Assembly (NCBI GenBank): GCA_028023455.1
Contig: JAQFVV010000011.1
Coordinates: 5,828,001 to 5,892,000, forward strand
From: Epiperipatus broadwayi
Taxonomy: Eukaryota > Animalia > Onychophora
Direction: 5' to 3'
DNA length: 64,000 nucleotides
In this document: positions 1 through 14,160 of the stretch, in pieces
Layout of the letters: each line of letters begins with the position of its first letter
How positions within the stretch are numbered: position 1 is the first letter of the stretch
Program-made: the position numbers and the translations under genes
Notes under the pieces: model-generated
Databases searched by the model: none
The model's input: only the letters and a program-made list of their open reading frames with translations
Told to the model about the DNA's origin: nothing

Positions 1-2743
1 GCATTTTGAATATTACCATGAATGAATGCACTGAAAGAAAAATAGAATATAACTTAATGGAATCTCTTGACACAATAAATTTTGGGGAGCTTTTATAAGA
101 TTTGCATTTGATTGTTCTCCCACATTTATTATAATTTTCTAGATTTACATTTTTAGATAAGCCAGGTTTTTTAAATTAATAAATTCTTATACATATTTCA
201 AATAAGCCCAATTTTTAATTAAGAAATTTTTGCATTCCACTCTTAATTAATTCGATTACATGACTTATCTAGACAATGCTTAAGTTTAGATTTATTTTTC
301 TTTATCACAAGAGATTAAAACATTTTTGAGATTAAGTATTGTTGTACAATATTAAAAATAATAATCTTATACATAAGATAAGAAAAATTTACTATAAAGT
401 TCATTTTTCTTGTAGAATATATTCCTTTTGTAAGTAAAAGAAATATTTTACATAGTCGTGTGTATGCGTATATATAAATATGTTCGCACTTTTATAACAC
501 ACATTTAATAAATAAAAAAATTACAATTTTTTAAAAATTAATTTAAAAATAGTATTTTAACTGAACCCACCTATTTGTCTACATATATATTTGAGACATA
601 GCAAAGAATCTGCCTCAATATATAAATATATATTTGTAATTAGCTTTATGTTGGAACCTTATATTATTTAATAAACCATTTTATCAACAATGTTTGAGTC
701 ATCATTTTATTGTTTGTCTTTATTCATAATAAAATAATATTCAGGTATAATGTCCAAAAATATAGCGGTTTTTATTCTGTACCAAAAACAAAAGTCATTA
801 ACATGTATTGAAAAAAATAAATAGTTTGTTATTATAATTAAAAATATTAACTTATAATTAGAGAAACCAGAAATTAAACAAAACTAATCATTGTCTTAAT
901 ACAAAGCTAAAAATACTAGTTAACATACAATTACTTCTATTGCTTGATATCATTATCTTATTGCTATAATAGTTAAATTGATTTTTTTAACAAGAGCTTC
1001 AAGTACGCGCACACAAAATTATATGTAGAGGATATGTATGATTATGTATACATTTACATTGTATATAAATTCAGAAAAATAATTAAGAATATATTCTTTG
1101 GATATGTTGTGAATACTAATAAAGAAAAAGAATAAATCATTAAATTAATTTACAAGTGACATCCTGCTGAATATGAAATTAGTATTGATTATAATCTATG
1201 AAGGAAAAAAACCACATATTTAAAAATAATCAGGCATTAGTCAGGTCTGTAGTTGCTATGCAGAATGAGTAACTGACATAGGATTCAGTATGTCTAATTA
1301 TTAAAAATTACTGTGTGAAAAAATTTTGATATTATTATGACATCAAAATATATTATATTTCAATGTTACTTCATATTTCTTTTGTTTTATATGAAATCAA
1401 ATGTTAACTTTTATGTTGATTGTAGATTTGAAATTTTTGACATTTATAAAACAGTAACCAATCATTTTTTTCTAATATTATATGTATTAGTCTTATACTT
1501 ACCTTCATATATATATATATTGTGTGTGTTTCTATATGTATTTGTAGAGTGCATGTATATATATCCAAAGCGAATGTTTATTTGTATATTAATGCTTAAG
1601 AATAAAGAGAAATCAGAGACAAACTCATTTAACAAAAAATGGTTCATCAATATATGTTGAACCACGTATATTAGATTATTTTTCTCACAGTCTTCCTTAA
1701 CAATCGTATAATTCTCTGAACATTATGCACTAATTTGTCTTTAATTTTGTAATTACAGCCAATATGAATATATAGATTTACCATTAGAATTCTCCTTAAA
1801 TTAGTTATCCTGAAGCGATCTTTTTTTAAAATTTGTATATATTTCAAGAAAATCGACATTTTATCGCATGACCCTATACAGGCCTGATTTTTATTTATCA
1901 GTATCATTTCCTTAATTATTAATCATTACATACAAAACACACAATAAATTAAGTCCCAACAGGGATAATAAAGAAGTGAATGAAAATTGCAATAAACTAA
2001 TAAATACAACCACCAATTTGTTTACAGTATAATGATAATTAGTCTAAAATAAATACTTAAATGTGTGATAATATGTTGGACTATTTCCCCCATCTGTCAT
2101 TAAATGTCGAATGTCTAGAAAAATTTAAACTTTATTTAAACTTTTTCAGTATACTATCACATCTAAAATACCATCATCACACACCTTAAGACAAATATGA
2201 AGTGATATATTTTAGCTGAAAATCTGGCTAGTAAAAAAAAAACAATAACCGAATATCTTCTTTATTAATCTCCACAACTAATCAATGCCTATTATATACA
2301 CTGGGCTCAGGGACATTATTTCAAAACATCTTAATCTTCAAGCATTTGAAAGAACGATGGTAAGATCTAGAACCAATAAATTAATTGGTTCCAGAAGATC
2401 ATTTGTTATATGATATTTTCATAGCTTACATTGAAATACTTATATTTATGAGTAATATATTCCAGACCCATGGCAAAACAACCATGTAAGTAGGGGAAAT
2501 GATTCAAAATTGCAATTGTGAGTGTAAATTATGAATAAAATTAATTGCAATGTATACATAATGTTAAATTTTAATGAAAACTAAATTCAACTTTTTTAAA
2601 AAAGCATAATCAAATATAGACAAAGTTATCTTAATAAAAAGTACATAGCCATTAATTTTAAACTTCTGTTTTTTTGCATGGAAAATATTTCTTATTTGCA
2701 TATTTTTCAAGCTAACATTCAGAAGCAGTTCTATTGTATTAGT

Positions 2744-2794
2744 AGCCTTACAATGTCCCAATAACACTATAGAAGCCTTACAATGTCCCAATAA
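2744..2794. repeat. 30-bp-period tandem duplication
   Basis: AGCCTTACAATGTCCCAATAA at 2744 and 2774. Confidence 0.8.
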
Positions 2795-5420
2795 TTCTAT
2801 GAAATCCAGTTCCCCCCCCCCCCTGAATTGGAAGCAATGGCAAGAAACTTCTTTGCAGGAATGGCTCATCAAAAAATTCCCAAATAATTTCTTGGTCTTT
2901 TGAAAAATAATCACTCATTAATACTATCACCAATTTTTTTTTTTTGATTACCCACATTAGCAAAAGAATTTCCCTCTGTTCTGCGATATTGTAGTATATG
3001 CTGTTCACATTGGAAATTCTTTTATGATGATTTACCATTAATTTAACAATATCATATTTATTGATTGTATAAATTGCTGGCTATTTTATCACTTCTATTT
3101 TGGAATTTCTTTTCCCACTAGACTATTTTTCTGAATTATGATTAAAATTAATATATATACATGTATGAAAATATTTTTGAGAGAAAACAATAAAAATGAA
3201 AAAATTGCATAAGAAAAAATAAATAGTTGTAAGCTTGCAAATCATGACAAACAAATTTTATGTATATGGTTCCTATATCATCCAGTTGCTAATTCAGTCA
3301 ATGTCATTTGTTTTTAGTGATTTCATGCTTAGCACTTAGAGTTTCACTATTTTTTTTAATGTAAGTTCACTTTAGTTTTTTTTTTTTTCACATCAACATT
3401 AATCAGCTTTGCAATTCTACTTTTATCACTCATGGCTAAAATTATTATATATATATATCCCTAGAAAAATGCTTAAAAATATGTATAATGTTTTTAGTAT
3501 TAAAGTTTAGCAATTGTTTGTTGAACACTTAGATACCAACCTTTTTTTTTCTTTGCTGTATTTTTTTAACATCAACATTAATTAGCTTTCAAATTCTATT
3601 CTTATGAAATCATTGCTAAAACTATCACAGGATACTTTTAAAAAATAATGGACCTTACATAAGAAATGTGAAGTATATATATATATACATGAGTATATAT
3701 AAATTTCAATGAATTTCACCATATGAATATTTTCATCACTACTATAAATTAACTATCAAAAGCAGATTTCTTATATAAAAATAGAACATCTTTTTTAATA
3801 CTTGCTGTATTATTCAAATACCTATTCCTCTTGATTTATTATCTATCACCTCTCTTTTTATTCTAATTTTTTTATATTTTCCACAATTTTTTTTCAACAC
3901 ATCCATCATATTTTTTTTCTATTCTAAATACATTCCTGATTCACCTTCTCTTCTACTTTTCATTTTTCTTAATAATACCTATTTTATTTTATATTTTTTT
4001 CAATATTTTTATATTTCAACCTTTTCAAGCATTGTCTTTTTCCATGTTTGTATACATAAAGCTTCCAATATTTTTCTTATTTTTTTTTATCCACCATCTA
4101 TCTATTTTGTCAAAGCTGTACTCTAATAATAATATTTGACAGATCTCTTTTTTGAAATCCAATTTTCACTGTGCCACAGAATATCAATAAAATCTTGCTT
4201 AATCATTGCAATTTTCACTTTATTTTTTTCATTACCATTCATCAGCAATTACAAACTTCATTTTCTGCTCTATAATTTTATTGTTCAACTATCACTTAAA
4301 ATTTTAATCCTATTTATTTTCATTTAATTTTTTATAAATCGTTTAAATCTTATTGTGAAGCTCTTCTTCACTGTCTCAAATACTGCAGTATAACAAATAA
4401 CTGATGTAATAAATGATAAAACATTAATTTAGAAAAACCATCTAAATAAATATAATGAGTTCCTAATGTAAACTCTGATTATGCTTTGAGAGGTTTTATA
4501 TATTTTAAATTTAAACATTATATAAATAATAGGCGTAAAGAGGATCAATTATCTAGATTTCAAGAAAAATTGCTATTTCCAATATCCAACATTTATTTAT
4601 ATTATTGGAAAATGAGAATTCTAAAGAAATAAATGTTTTTGTTTATACACTTAATAACAATATTTATTTTTAAATAAGTAAATAATTTATTAATGAAATA
4701 TATAAATCTTCATTGATTTATTATTATTATTATTTGCATCTCAGTATTAAATATTTTTATAATCTGTTATCACCATAAAATATTTTTTTCTATATGTGCA
4801 TAAACTCAAAGAAAATGAAAATTTATAAACAACATAAAATTTTATTAGTATTAAATAATGTGTAAATAAATAATAGTACTTAAAATGATCATTCAAAGAT
4901 ATGCAATCATCTTTATTTTGAACAAATAAATATATCTGCAATTATTTTTACCTCTATAAATTTTTTTGCTTATTAATGAGTTTTTTAAGAATTATTTGAA
5001 AAGGATTCAGAGTATATATATATATGCAAATATTAAAATATTTAATGCATATATCAGTTTTAGTTAAGTAATAGATGTTTAAATAATATTGAACATGTGA
5101 GTACAGAAAAGTGATGAAATAAAACTACTTTTGAGAAACTATTAAAATTTGTATTATGGAGGTGACATGCTATTTTGATAGTCAAAATTTGACTAATAAT
5201 AAGTAATTCATTTACTTATGTATAAAAAAACTGTATTAGTTTTATTAATTATTAGTATATATATTTTTATTCATAAATCATTTTTTATATGTCGAAAGTC
5301 AATGCAATGAAATAGTCTTTTTCTTACCTTGTCCTAAATGTAGACGATCAACATTACTTTAATATTTGCATATTTTAAATATGTGTAAATTAAATAACTT
5401 AGTGTTATAAAGAAAGCAGG

Positions 5421-5574
5421 ACATTAGTAGGTGACACTTTCTTTCTATTTATCTTTTATGTAAAATAAACATTTGATCTAATAAATTTGTCGGTCTGTAT
5501 TTTAAAAAATTTATAAGATTAAATGTTTATCTTACATAAAACATAAACAGAAAGAAATGTGTCACCTAGGAATG
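5421..5574. repeat. Imperfect ~155-bp hairpin (MITE-like or fold-back)
   Basis: TAGGTGACACTTTCTTTCTATTTATCTTTTATGTAAAATAAACATTT pairs with AAATGTTTATCTTACATAAAACATAAACAGAAAGAAATGTGTCACCTA. Confidence 0.7.
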
Positions 5575-7042
5575 CTGTTTAGGTATATTAATTTGTTTTG
5601 TTTATTTGAATAAGGTATTTAATTTAAACATGCATAAAATATTCAAATATTAAAGTAATTCTACTCCTTAGAATAACCAATAAAGTAACTCCATTTCAAT
5701 CTTTTTTATTTATTTTTTGTTCAAAATGGATCACATATTAATTTTTCTTTTTGCTTTTTATAATATTGTCTTTCAATAATAATTATCACTATTCCATATT
5801 TTATTTTTTACTTTTTTAAATCTAAACAAATCTTCAAATATAAAGCACATATAATACATTTACAAGTATTCTTGTATTGCTAACTCTCACCAGTATTTTA
5901 ATAGCATGCACATTAAGATAGTTGTTCTAAAATTTATCAGTGAATTGAATCATTTCTTTAAAAAAATCATCTTTTAACTATTTCCCTGTATCATAAATTA
6001 CATCACAAAGCTTTAATTATTTCAAACACTTTTCTCTATAGTCTTCAGTTAATTATAATTGCAATTTCCTCAACTCGTTGTGCTTATCCATTTTTCATTT
6101 CTAATATAGTTTTAACAATATTTTTCTTCATTATATAAAGATAAATCTGTATGAGAATGACATAGCACCCACTACTGATGAAAGCTGCATCATGCCACTA
6201 TAGCCACATATTGTTATACAATAATTAATTAACCCAAAACATTTTGAAACATATTTTTCAGCTTTATCGACTAAATATTGATCAATAAATTTATCAAACA
6301 ATATTAGCTAGCTAATTGTTTATTTACAAATCATCCTTCTGAAAAAAATTAAATTGCATGATTGAAAAATCCACAAGTAACTAACAAAATATTTGAGGCT
6401 TCGCTTTGATTTGCATTCCTGAGTCATGGAATAAGCAATGAATGCAATAATCACTATATCATGTGACTCTTCTTTCATTGTTTTACAAACAATTTTATTA
6501 TTATCTACATGATTTCCAAATATCTCAAATAAAGACTTGCTATCTTTATCTTACAAATATTTATAAATCTTCACTAAATTGAAAAAATATTAGTTCTTTT
6601 TATGTTATGTATAGGATTTTTTAAAATATTAAACGTTGCTTTTTGATGTAAAAATTGACCAATCTCCACATGATGTTTTCACATTCCATTCTTATCAGAT
6701 ACTTTACAAATAATTGACAATTAATTGACAAAGCAATGATGTATTTATTTAAATAACATCACCTTACTCAATTTAATGTTAATGCTTGAACATTTAAATT
6801 AGCAGTCTATTTAATATAGCTTTATTTTTTATGGTTACTTACTAATGTATAATGCAATTTTTTCATCAATGGATATAGATGACACTTGGAATATTTAATA
6901 TTATTTATTTAATTAGTTATTTAAAATGCTAATAAATTATTAATATTTGTACACTAAAATAATTCTAAAATGCATTCACTATGAGCAAATACATATTTTA
7001 TTAGAATATATTTACATACCTATCAATACAATAAAGCCACTC

Positions 7043-7919
7043 ACTCAAGGCTTTAATAGGTTTATAAATTTAGATGATAACAACCAACCTTAAGCTATTA
7101 ACAGTCTCAATCTATAATAAACCTCCTTCAACAATAAAGTTGGTACTACCTTTATCTATGGTCTGATATGTTTATATAGACACTAAAGAATGCAACTTAA
7201 TCAAGAAGTGTGAGATTAATAATGCAAAGAAATTTAAAGAAACCTCATTAATCAGGCAAATATGATCTGTTATGAAAGCAGATAAATAAATAGTAAATTA
7301 TAACTTCCAGATTTTGAAAGCAGACTAATAAATATTTATTTATAACTTCCAAAGTCCATATAAATTATGTATTTACTAAACCAATTATTTAAGACTTTAA
7401 TAAGTTTATGCATTATTAATCTCACACTTTTTGGTCATGTTGCAATCTTTAGTGTCTAGATAAAGATATCAGACTGTAGGTAAAGGTGATAGCACTTTTA
7501 TTGTTAAAGGAGGTTGCCTTGATCATAAGTTGAGATTATTGATAGCTTAAGGTTGGTTGTTATCATCTATATTTATAAATTTATTAAAGCCTTGAGTAAT
7601 TACCTTTATTTTCTTAGTAAATATGTACTTTACATGGAATTTATAAATGATTACTTATTAGTTTGTTTTCATAATCTGGAGGTTATAATTGATTGTTTAT
7701 TAGTCTGCTTTCAGAACAGGTTATATTTTCCTGATTAATAAGGTTTGTTTAAACTTATTTGCATTACTAAAATCTCAAACTTCTTTGTCAAGTTGCAATC
7801 TTTAGTATCTATATAAACATATCAGATCATAGATAAAGGTGGTACCACCTTTATTATTAAAAGGGATTGCCTTGACTACATATTGAGATTGTTGATAGCT
7901 TAAGAGTTGTTTGTTATCA
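7043..7919. repeat. Three-copy inverted/tandem array of a ~330-bp unit
   Basis: Copy A (+) at 7043-~7385. Partial copy B (-) at ~7400-7597. Near-full copy C (-) at ~7612-7919. Example: CAACCTTAAGCTATTAACAGTCTCAA versus TTGAGATTATTGATAGCTTAAGGTTG. Confidence 0.8.
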
Positions 7920-8542
7920 CATATTTATCAAAGACACAAATATCATATATATTAAAAGTATTCATACCATCCACACTAATTCATCAGTTTTCGTATGCAT
8001 AATTAACTTAAACAAAACTTTGGCTGTGGATAAGATTAAATGGCAGCAGTAATGATTTTTAAATAACATTACCATTATTACAATTAGATATTTAAATGTT
8101 ATGTTATGTAAAGGTTAAATAATAAATATTTATATATATTAAGGTTTTTTTTTTGTTTTAATCAATTATAATTTTAGTATTAACTCAATAATTTATTATG
8201 ACATATTTAAATACATGTTTGTCTTGAATGAAAATTTAAGGGAATTTCATGTTTTGTTTAAAGTTAGCAGCTATCTTATATATAAAATCCTTATTTTCTC
8301 TGTAGTCACATTGGTGAATGTATAAATGTTTCTCTAATGCTGTCACATGTCAAATTCACAAACATTCTGCCATTAATAAACCACTGTCACATATCAAATA
8401 TAACAGATATATATTTAATACTTTAAATTTTAATGTAACTTTATTAATACCTTTTTAGGTACATTTCTAAACTGTATCAATCATTCCAGGTTGTTCCAAA
8501 TATTTTTTTTAATTGTGAATTTCTCATACTTATTTATATAAT

Positions 8543-8790
8543 ATTAAAATCTTTTGTTTAATTTAAATTAAATCTTAAATTTTTTTTGTTAAAGCAATCA
8601 ATTAAAAAAACCTATTGCAATGGCCTTATTTAAAAAAAAAATATTACTTTGGTCCCCATTAATAATTATAATTTTTTTTACGTAATAATCATAATTTTTT
8701 TACAAAGCAGTTATCCATAATTATTAAAATCTTTTGTTTAATTTATATTAAGTCTTAAAATTTTTTGTTAAAGCAATCAATTAAAAAAAA
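8543..8790 (+). repeat. ~68-bp direct repeat pair (8543-8610, 8723-8790)
   Basis: ATTAAAATCTTTTGTTTAATTTA..TTAA.TCTTAAA.TTTTTTGTTAAAGCAATCAATTAAAAAAA occurs twice. Confidence 0.75.
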
Positions 8791-9979
8791 AGACAGCTTT
8801 TCCAAGGCTGGCTGCATCTGGTTCTCGTATATTTTCTGTTTGTGATTAACTAATGTAAAACACTTTTGAAATAGTAAGTTGTTGGTTTTTTGTTGTTTAA
8901 AGTTCTTAATATTCTTTCTGTTTTTACATATATGTTTGTCCGAAGATGTAATGATAACATTTTTTACTTGTTGCTGTAAGCTGGGTTATTTCCATAATTT
9001 AATTGAATTACTAACTGTTTAGAAAAAATCAAACTTGTTATTTTTACTTTAAAACATAACATTTTAAATGGCTTTTTTTTTCAAGTGTTGCTAGCCTTAC
9101 CATTACTTTGAATTCAATATTCATGAATCTAAAAGACACTGGTTTAAACCACCATGCTAACACTACTCCTGGCAAAGTTACCAACATCTGAAAAAGAGAA
9201 GAGAAATGCTATTCACAATGTTCTGACCATTATTAAACTGCTGTGCTGTTACTAACAGTTAATAATTCATCTAGATGATGGAAATAGTTAGTGCAACATA
9301 TAACATGAGAACATCTATTTATATTCAATAAATTTCTTTAATCAAATTATAATTTATTTAATTTCAGCCCTTCTTTTTTACCTTTGTTGTTGTTGTTGAT
9401 GATGTTTTACTCTTATAGAAGTCAAGGTAAATTATGAACTTAAGTGGAAAAAGTCTCATTTTTACAGCAATCATATCATTATTTATCTGCTTTTTATTTT
9501 TACCCCTACACTTAATTGGATGAATAACTAGGGTGGTTATGGGTTAGATACCTAAAAGAAAAATATTAAATTTCTTTGCAACCAAATCTATTTGCAACCT
9601 AAAAATAGTGTCAAAGATTCATCTAAGACCCAAACCCTATACATGTTATTAGTTTGTGGATATATTAACTATTATATCATGACATTTTTCTTATGTATAC
9701 TTTGAATTATTTCTGCAATTAGTTGGTAGACTATTAACAGCTTGATTAATTTTTTTTTTTGGAAACCTTAGTTTTCAATATTCTGTAGAAGTAATCTTTT
9801 TTTAAAATCTAAAATTCTTTGATGAGTTTAATTGAAGTCATTAATTTTTTTTGTACATGTTCTTCATTCATTCTTAGTCTGATCTTCTCTATATACTTTA
9901 ATTCCTTTTTTAATGAACTTTCTTCAATTGGTTTTGATCGACTGCTTTCAAGAGATTTGTGAAATCAAAAGGAAATTTT

Positions 9980-10125
9980 CAGACATAAATGAGTTTTCCA
10001 AAACAATGCCAATGACAGATAATAACAAAAGGAACAAAGATTAAACAGAAATAGAATGTTGTCAAAACAATGCTGATGATGGATAATAAGAACAGGAACA
10101 AAGATTAAATGGAAATAGAATGAAT
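9980..10125 (+). repeat. ~70-bp diverged tandem duplication
   Basis: CAAAACAATGC...GATAAT...GGAACAAAGATTAAA..GAAATAGAATG occurs twice. Confidence 0.65.
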
Positions 10126-10567
10126 ATTCAGAATCAGCAAGAAACCTAAGAAGCCAGTTATACAGAAGATTCTTCAGAAATAATAGTTGACATCAGATTA
10201 GTCTTAAGAATATTACCAAAAAAATTGCACAACAATTTAATGCTAACAATTTAATGCTATATTGCATTAAAAATCTATAAAAAACTGAATAAGAAATAAC
10301 AAAAAGTGCTAATCATTTTATGCATAATTATTCTGGAAGCTATTCAATGGTCTGAAGAAATTAATTTATATTTTTATATCAAAGATAAGGACTCTTGGCA
10401 GAATTTCAAAACTATTGTACACTTTTTATACTATTTGCAAGTAAGATTATTAAAAAATTTATTCAACCTAGATGGTAACATTACATTGAGAGAAAACTTC
10501 AAGGAATATAACTTGAGAGTGTCAAGGTATTATTGCTGATAAAAGTAGGTAATTGTAAAGGTGAGAA

Positions 10568-10666
10568 TACACAGAGGCAAAACTCCATACAGTAGTGACA
10601 CTCAGTACAGACCAGACAAATCAATGGATGCACTGATGGTGCTACTGTATGGAGGGCCTCTGTGTA
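10568..10666. mobile_element. Miniature fold-back member of the CTCCATACAGTAG family
   Basis: CTCCATACAGTAG (10583) and CTACTGTATGGAG (ending 10654). The internal TCAATGGATGC is shared with the 34.5-kb element. The inverted repeat extends into TACACAGAGGC / GCCTCTGTGTA. Confidence 0.65.
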
Positions 10667-13600
10667 AACAGCTTGTGTAAGCATAAAGAATGGTGATCAT
10701 GTGATGTTTAGTGGTGAGAGAATACCAGAAAAGGACCTTTATGTTTTTATTGATTATAAAGGACCTTGTATTCAATTAGGTATGATAGATTTTGGAATGT
10801 TCTTAGAAAAATGGTTTTTCTGGAACATTGTTTTGTAAGGAAATGTTTATATAAGAGTACAAATTGCAGTTAAATTAGCTATAATGAAACAGACTGGTTT
10901 TTCATTGATAAAAAAATATTACATAATATACAATCTTCTCAATCTACCTATTCAAGTTGCGTACCTATATAATCAGTGAATCTAGATTAGCTGAAGACAA
11001 ATGTGGGTTTAGAATGGTTGGGGAAACATCAATAGCTTTAGATATGTTGATGAATTTATACTTATTAGAATAATAAAAAGATGATATAATGCCTAAAGTT
11101 GAAATAAAGATGTGCACAAACAATTGGTTATAGTTGATAGGAACATGAAGGTAACAATAATTTTTGTTTTTTGGATGATTTATCAGCAAAAATTGTTCTA
11201 ACCATTAAAAGATATGTCATGAAATGATATTGGACAGAAATGCAGTAAAAACTAGGGGAAAAAATGGTAATTTCTTTAAAAAGAAAAAAAAAATCAAATT
11301 TGTCCAGACTATGATATTTTCTGTTATTCTCTATAAATATGAAATGCTGGTTAAAAATAAATACCATGTTTTGCATGGAAAATAAACAGTTGGATACTTG
11401 GTCAGATTAGATCCAAACTTTTCACTTGAGGTCTTAATGACCAAGTTGAAAATGTCTTACATTCATCAAAGTCATAGAAAATGAAACCTTATGCTCAAAA
11501 AGGTGTTTACATAGCTTAATAGAATTAAAATAGCTTTGTTTGAACTAGATTGATTTTAAATATATATATAGAAAAAATATCCTATAACTTTGATCAGTAT
11601 TTTAATAATTCCTTAATAGTAATAATAACAAGTCAGATGTCACATGACTTATAACTGAATGGCTTATTGTTTGGTAATTCATAAAAAAGGTGAACCATTG
11701 GAGAGTATGAAGGTGGGCCACAAGCCTTGACTCCAGAATCTGAAACTTTATTATTACACCAGCCTATGCAGGCAATAATTTATTGAGGTTTTAAGTTTTT
11801 TTAAAAAAAATAACTATGACTAAATTCTCATCTTTTTGTTAGGATTATTTTGCTTTTTTAATTCACTTCAATCTGCAGATGCAACTCTTTTATCTTTTGA
11901 GGATCTTTGTACATTTTTTAAAGCTAATTACCAAAAGTTGTCCAAGCATTCGATTATAATGATGATTATTTGAAGATAATGTATATTTAATGTAAATAAA
12001 ACTGATTTAAATTAGGTCTAAGTTTTCATCTTAGATTATAAAACAAAAATAACCCTTATCTTTTATTATAAAATTCTTTATCACTTAAAATTTTTTATTT
12101 ATATAAGTGCACACAAAATTATTTTTAGTGTTTTAATGTGTATGATTATTCTTTTTTTATTTTTAATCTAACTCTTATAATGTAGAATAAATAGTTCTAC
12201 TTCTTATTTCTAGATAATATATTTGCACATAATATTTTAAATTGTTAAATAGTGATAATAAAGTATTTGTTGTCATATAGACATTTACCGTCAGTGATAT
12301 AAGTCATGTACATGCATAAATTAGATAGTTTAAATAAAAATTAAATTTAAAGTTTGTTTGAAAACCTAGAAATGGTGTTTATGGCCAAAATTTATCTTCT
12401 GATGTATGTTGCAGAATAGTTTGGAAGGAGTATGAAGTTAAAAATTTTGAGAGTTTGTTGAATTATCTGTTAAACACATTTCATAGACTCGTGCCTAATT
12501 TTTAAATAGTCAAAATGAATGCCACTTTGCCTGCAAACCAACAACTTATATTGAATACAAGTTTAGACAATGATAGCTAACAGAAAAATGAAATTTTAAT
12601 TATTGTAAATATAAACAATGGCATGTTGAAATTGTCTCAAATACATATTAGTTAATAATTTAGAGAATATTTATTATTATTATTTAAATATATGTTTGTC
12701 AGAAGGAAATATATTTTAAACTAAGAAATAATATATTGTATCATTTATTTATATATGGTACAAATATATTGGCATTTGGTAAGATATTTAAAAGCTAAAA
12801 AGAGTAAATTTAAATATCTTTTAAAAGACGCATTTTCAATTTTTTTTAGTTAGTATAATTTATTTTTTAAACTACAATGAAAGCTAATTTTGTTATTTCG
12901 AATTATTACTTTAATTAAAAATAAGTTAAAATTGGAAAGAATAAAAGACATGCAGATTACTAATCCAGATAAACTAAAAGAGAATTCCACATGCAGATTA
13001 CAATCAAAGTTTTAAAGCTAATTAAAGATGGCAGAAGGAATTTATATAAAAGGAACTTTGTAGTTGGAGATTACAAAATAAATATACAAGATTATCAACT
13101 GGTATTTTATGATAAAACAAAGATAAAAGTATGCACAGAAGTCTGAAAACTGGACCTTGAGTATAAAAAGAAGACCAGTTCGATCAATGTCTTATCTTGT
13201 TTGTTTTTCATTTGGCTGGTCCTGGATTACAAAAGATCCGGGATCACTCTACACTGAAATAATTCATCATGCTGGAGTGGACCAAAGCTTTTGACGACAT
13301 CGTTCATCATGAAGATGTCAACCCTAAAAAGCTTTCATGACTAGCTTTAGGATGAACCAAGAAAAGTTTAAAACCAATGGCCACAAGCACATTCTACCTC
13401 ATGAAAAACCATGCATGGTAATCAACAATCTACGTAAACTCGCCAAACTTACCAATAAGCTGATATTAATTATTCCTGATTGTGACTAAATTAAGTGTTT
13501 GGAAATCATTCTCAAATATAAGCTTATAATATAATCCCGATAAAGATATAATTTTTCTTATTCAAGAAACTTTAGTTTATGGCCTAAGAAATTGAAGTGT

Positions 13601-14160
13601 AATATGAACTGTAGTAATTAATTGATCAACATTATTATGGATTAGCATGTAGATGCTTTCCAATTTTATTTAACAATTTACCGGTTAAATTTTTTAATTT
13701 GTTAGAATAAAATATTTCTAATATCAACTTTTTATTGTGTCTTATTAATATTAATGATTAAATTTATTAATATTAGTTAATTGCGTAATAAGTGTGTAAA
13801 TTACCTTTGCCAATAGTTATTAATTAAGCTCTGGGAATAATATTCTCTAAAAAATAAAGTTATGGGAAATCGTAATCCCGATCTTTTAAATTATTTTCTT
13901 CTTAATTTACGATGTGTGACGCGATGGATTTCAGTGGATTCTTGTATGAATCCTGGTGCCCTTGTTAAAATAAATAAAAAAACTGATTCCGTTGGCAATA
14001 CAAATTGTAATAATTAATAGGCCAGTTAATCAGGAAATATAGCTTTGTTTTTAGAAATATGAATGAAATATTTATATTTTTCTTCTTCATAACTTGATTA
14101 ACTTACACATTCTAGTGCATAATAGAAGGCCTACCAGAATGTGAAAAACATTATAATATA

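Noticed and set aside
2780-3040. Minus-strand LLPIQGGGGTG as a non-LTR RT thumb motif
   Set aside because: The match depends on a homopolymer C run and no supporting RT motifs lie nearby. The similar weak hits at ~13280 (KAFD), ~40850 (KYLG) and ~61880 (KSDW) were also too fragmentary to annotate.
6165-6215. CTGATGAAAGC as a hammerhead start
   Set aside because: There is no downstream GAAA and no stem III or stem I pairing. Other isolated CTGAnGA hits (for example ~10352, ~45893, ~46632, ~56803 minus) failed the same test.
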